This document shows positions 44,970 through 46,846 of a DNA stretch of 46,846 nt, piece after piece. Location: contig JBCCCB010000001.1 of assembly GCA_039033775.1 (NCBI GenBank), positions 1-46,846 of the forward strand, in the 5' to 3' direction. The notes beneath the pieces were generated by a model. That model ran no database searches, was not told the DNA's origin, and worked only from the letters and a program-made list of their open reading frames with translations. The position numbers were made by a program, and so were the translations under genes. How positions within the stretch are numbered: position 1 is the stretch's first letter; every line of letters begins with the position of its first letter. The stretch is from Pseudomonadota bacterium. Lineage in GTDB: Bacteria; Pseudomonadota; Alphaproteobacteria; Rhodobacterales; Rhodobacteraceae.

Positions 44970-46846
44970 ATGCTGGGACTAGGCGGGATCGCGAAGAAGA
45001 TCTTCGGAACGGCGAATGATCGCAAGGTGAGGGCCACGATGGCCACCGTCGAGCGGATCAACGCATTGGAGCCGGAATTCGAGGCTTTGTCGGACGAGGA
45101 GATCAAGGCCCGGACGGACGCGCTGTCGCAGCGGGCCGTGGACGGAGAAAGCCTAGACGACCTTCTGCCCGAGGCCTTCGCCAATTGCCGCGAAGCGGCG
45201 CGGCGTGCGCTGGGCCTGCGCGCCTTCGACGTTCAACTATTGGGCGGCATCTTCCTGCATCAGGGCATGATCGCCGAGATGAAGACCGGCGAGGGCAAGA
45301 CCCTGGTCGCGACTTTCCCGGCCTATCTGAACGCGCTGTCCCGCAAGGGCGTGCATGTGGTGACCGTCAACGACTATCTGGCCCGGCGCGACGCGGATTG
45401 GATGGGCAAGGTCTATGCTGCCCTGGGGATGACCACCGGAGTCGTGGTGCCCAACCAGCCCGACGACGAAAAGCGCGCTGCCTATGCCGCCGATATCACC
45501 TATGCGACCAACAACGAACTGGGCTTCGACTATTTGCGCGACAACATGCGCACCAGCACCGCCGACATGGCCCAGCGTGGGCATAATTTCGCCATCGTCG
45601 ACGAGGTGGATTCGATCCTGATCGACGAGGCCCGGACGCCGCTGATCATTTCGGGGCCGTCGGAGGACCGCAGCGATCTGTATCAGCAGGTCGACCGGAT
45701 CATCCCCGAAATCCAGGACGAGCATTACACCAAGGACGAGAAGCAGCGCTCGGTCACCTTCACCGATGACGGCAACGAATTCCTGGAGGAGCGGCTGCAC
45801 ATGGCGGGCATCCTGCCCGAGGGGCAGAGCCTGTACGATCCGGAAAGCACGACGGTCGTGCACCACGTCAACCAGGGTCTGCGGGCCCACAAGCTGTTCA
45901 ACAATGACGAACATTACATCGTCCGCGATGACGAGGTCGTCCTGATCGACGAATTCACCGGCCGCATGATGACCGGCCGCCGGCTGTCCGAGGGTTTGCA
46001 CCAGGCCATCGAGGCCAAGGAGGGCGTGTCGATCAAGCCCGAGAACGTGACCTTGGCCAGCGTCACGTTCCAGAACTACTTCCGGCTTTACGACAAGCTG
46101 GCGGGGATGACCGGCACGGCCGTGACCGAGGCCGAGGAATTCGGGTCGATCTATGGCTTGGGCGTGATCGAAGTTCCGACGAACAAGCCCATCGCGCGGG
46201 CCGACGAAGACGACCAGGTCTACCGTACCGCGAAGGAAAAGTTCGACGCTGTCGTGGACGAGATCAAGCAGGCCCACGAACGCGGCCAGCCGGTGTTGGT
46301 CGGCACCACCTCGATCGAGAAGTCCGAGATGCTGGCGGCCCGTCTGGGCCAGGAGGGGTTGGCCCATAACGTTCTGAACGCCCGCCAGCACGAGCAGGAA
46401 GCCCAGATCGTGGCCGATGCCGGTAAACCGGGTGCCATCACCATCGCCACCAACATGGCCGGTCGGGGCACCGACATCCAACTGGGCGGCAATGTCGAGA
46501 TGCGCGTGTTGGAAGCCATCGCCGCCGACCCGGATGCCGATCCGGACGAGACCCGGGCCCGCATCGAGGCCGACGTGGCCGCCGACAAGGAGAAGGTCCT
46601 GTCCGCCGGCGGTCTGTTCGTGCTGGCCACCGAGCGACATGAAAGCCGCCGCATCGACAACCAGCTGCGCGGCCGCTCCGGCCGCCAGGGCGATCCGGGG
46701 CGTTCGGTCTTCTTTTTGTCGCTCGACGACGACCTGATGCGGATTTTCGGGTCCGAGCGGTTGGAGAAGGTGCTGTCGACCTTGGGCATGAAAGAAGGCG
46801 AGGCCATCGTTCACCCTTGGGTGAACAAGTCGCTGGAGCGCGCCCA
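44970..46846 (+). CDS. secA: Preprotein translocase SecA (partial, runs off the window)
   Basis: Manual translation [13 protein letters not shown]..., [60 protein letters not shown]. Confidence 0.98.
   Translation, partial: MLGLGGIAKKIFGTANDRKVRATMATVERINALEPEFEALSDEEIKARTDALSQRAVDGESLDDLLPEAFANCREAARRALGLRAFDVQLLGGIFLHQGMIAEMKTGEGKTLVATFPAYLNALSRKGVHVVTVNDYLARRDADWMGKVYAALGMTTGVVVPNQPDDEKRAAYAADITYATNNELGFDYLRDNMRTSTADMAQRGHNFAIVDEVDSILIDEARTPLIISGPSEDRSDLYQQVDRIIPEIQDEHYTKDEKQRSVTFTDDGNEFLEERLHMAGILPEGQSLYDPESTTVVHHVNQGLRAHKLFNNDEHYIVRDDEVVLIDEFTGRMMTGRRLSEGLHQAIEAKEGVSIKPENVTLASVTFQNYFRLYDKLAGMTGTAVTEAEEFGSIYGLGVIEVPTNKPIARADEDDQVYRTAKEKFDAVVDEIKQAHERGQPVLVGTTSIEKSEMLAARLGQEGLAHNVLNARQHEQEAQIVADAGKPGAITIATNMAGRGTDIQLGGNVEMRVLEAIAADPDADPDETRARIEADVAADKEKVLSAGGLFVLATERHESRRIDNQLRGRSGRQGDPGRSVFFLSLDDDLMRIFGSERLEKVLSTLGMKEGEAIVHPWVNKSLERA

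Noticed and set aside
42985-46814. Long ORFs 42985-44814(+) and 45237-46814(-)
   Set aside because: Antisense shadows of argJ, the PPIase gene and secA

Overview
GC-rich alphaproteobacterial chromosome segment; gene content suggests Rhodobacterales/Roseobacter-like. Left to right: (1) a phosphonate C-P lyase locus (phnCDEE, hexapeptide acetyltransferase, phnF, phnGHI, DUF559 nuclease, partial HAD phosphatase) with tandem Pho boxes and BoxC/REP-like repeats; (2) a general-stress-response cluster (PhyR, NepR, sigma-EcfG, HisKA_2 kinase, Dps, topoisomerase IB, two YihY, AI-2E, DUF1328, DUF3618, FNT channel, Crp) with several GGAAC-N16/17-CGTT-type promoters; (3) iorAB-like molybdoenzyme genes with a divergent TetR; (4) an accessory ~12 kb block, preceded by a LysR fragment, with a patatin / SLATT(DUF4231) / TIR-TPR operon, a secreted Memo-CapA fusion, and a MORN / WG-repeat / DUF4062-nSTAND-TM-beta-propeller operon, the best candidate for an undescribed defence or signalling system; (5) an isolated glucosylglycerol hydrolase, abutting IS256 and IS3 remnants and a 43-aa ORF behind a CtrA box; (6) core genes mutT, argJ, a PpiC-type PPIase and partial secA. 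All calls come from reading motifs by eye; no database searches were run.
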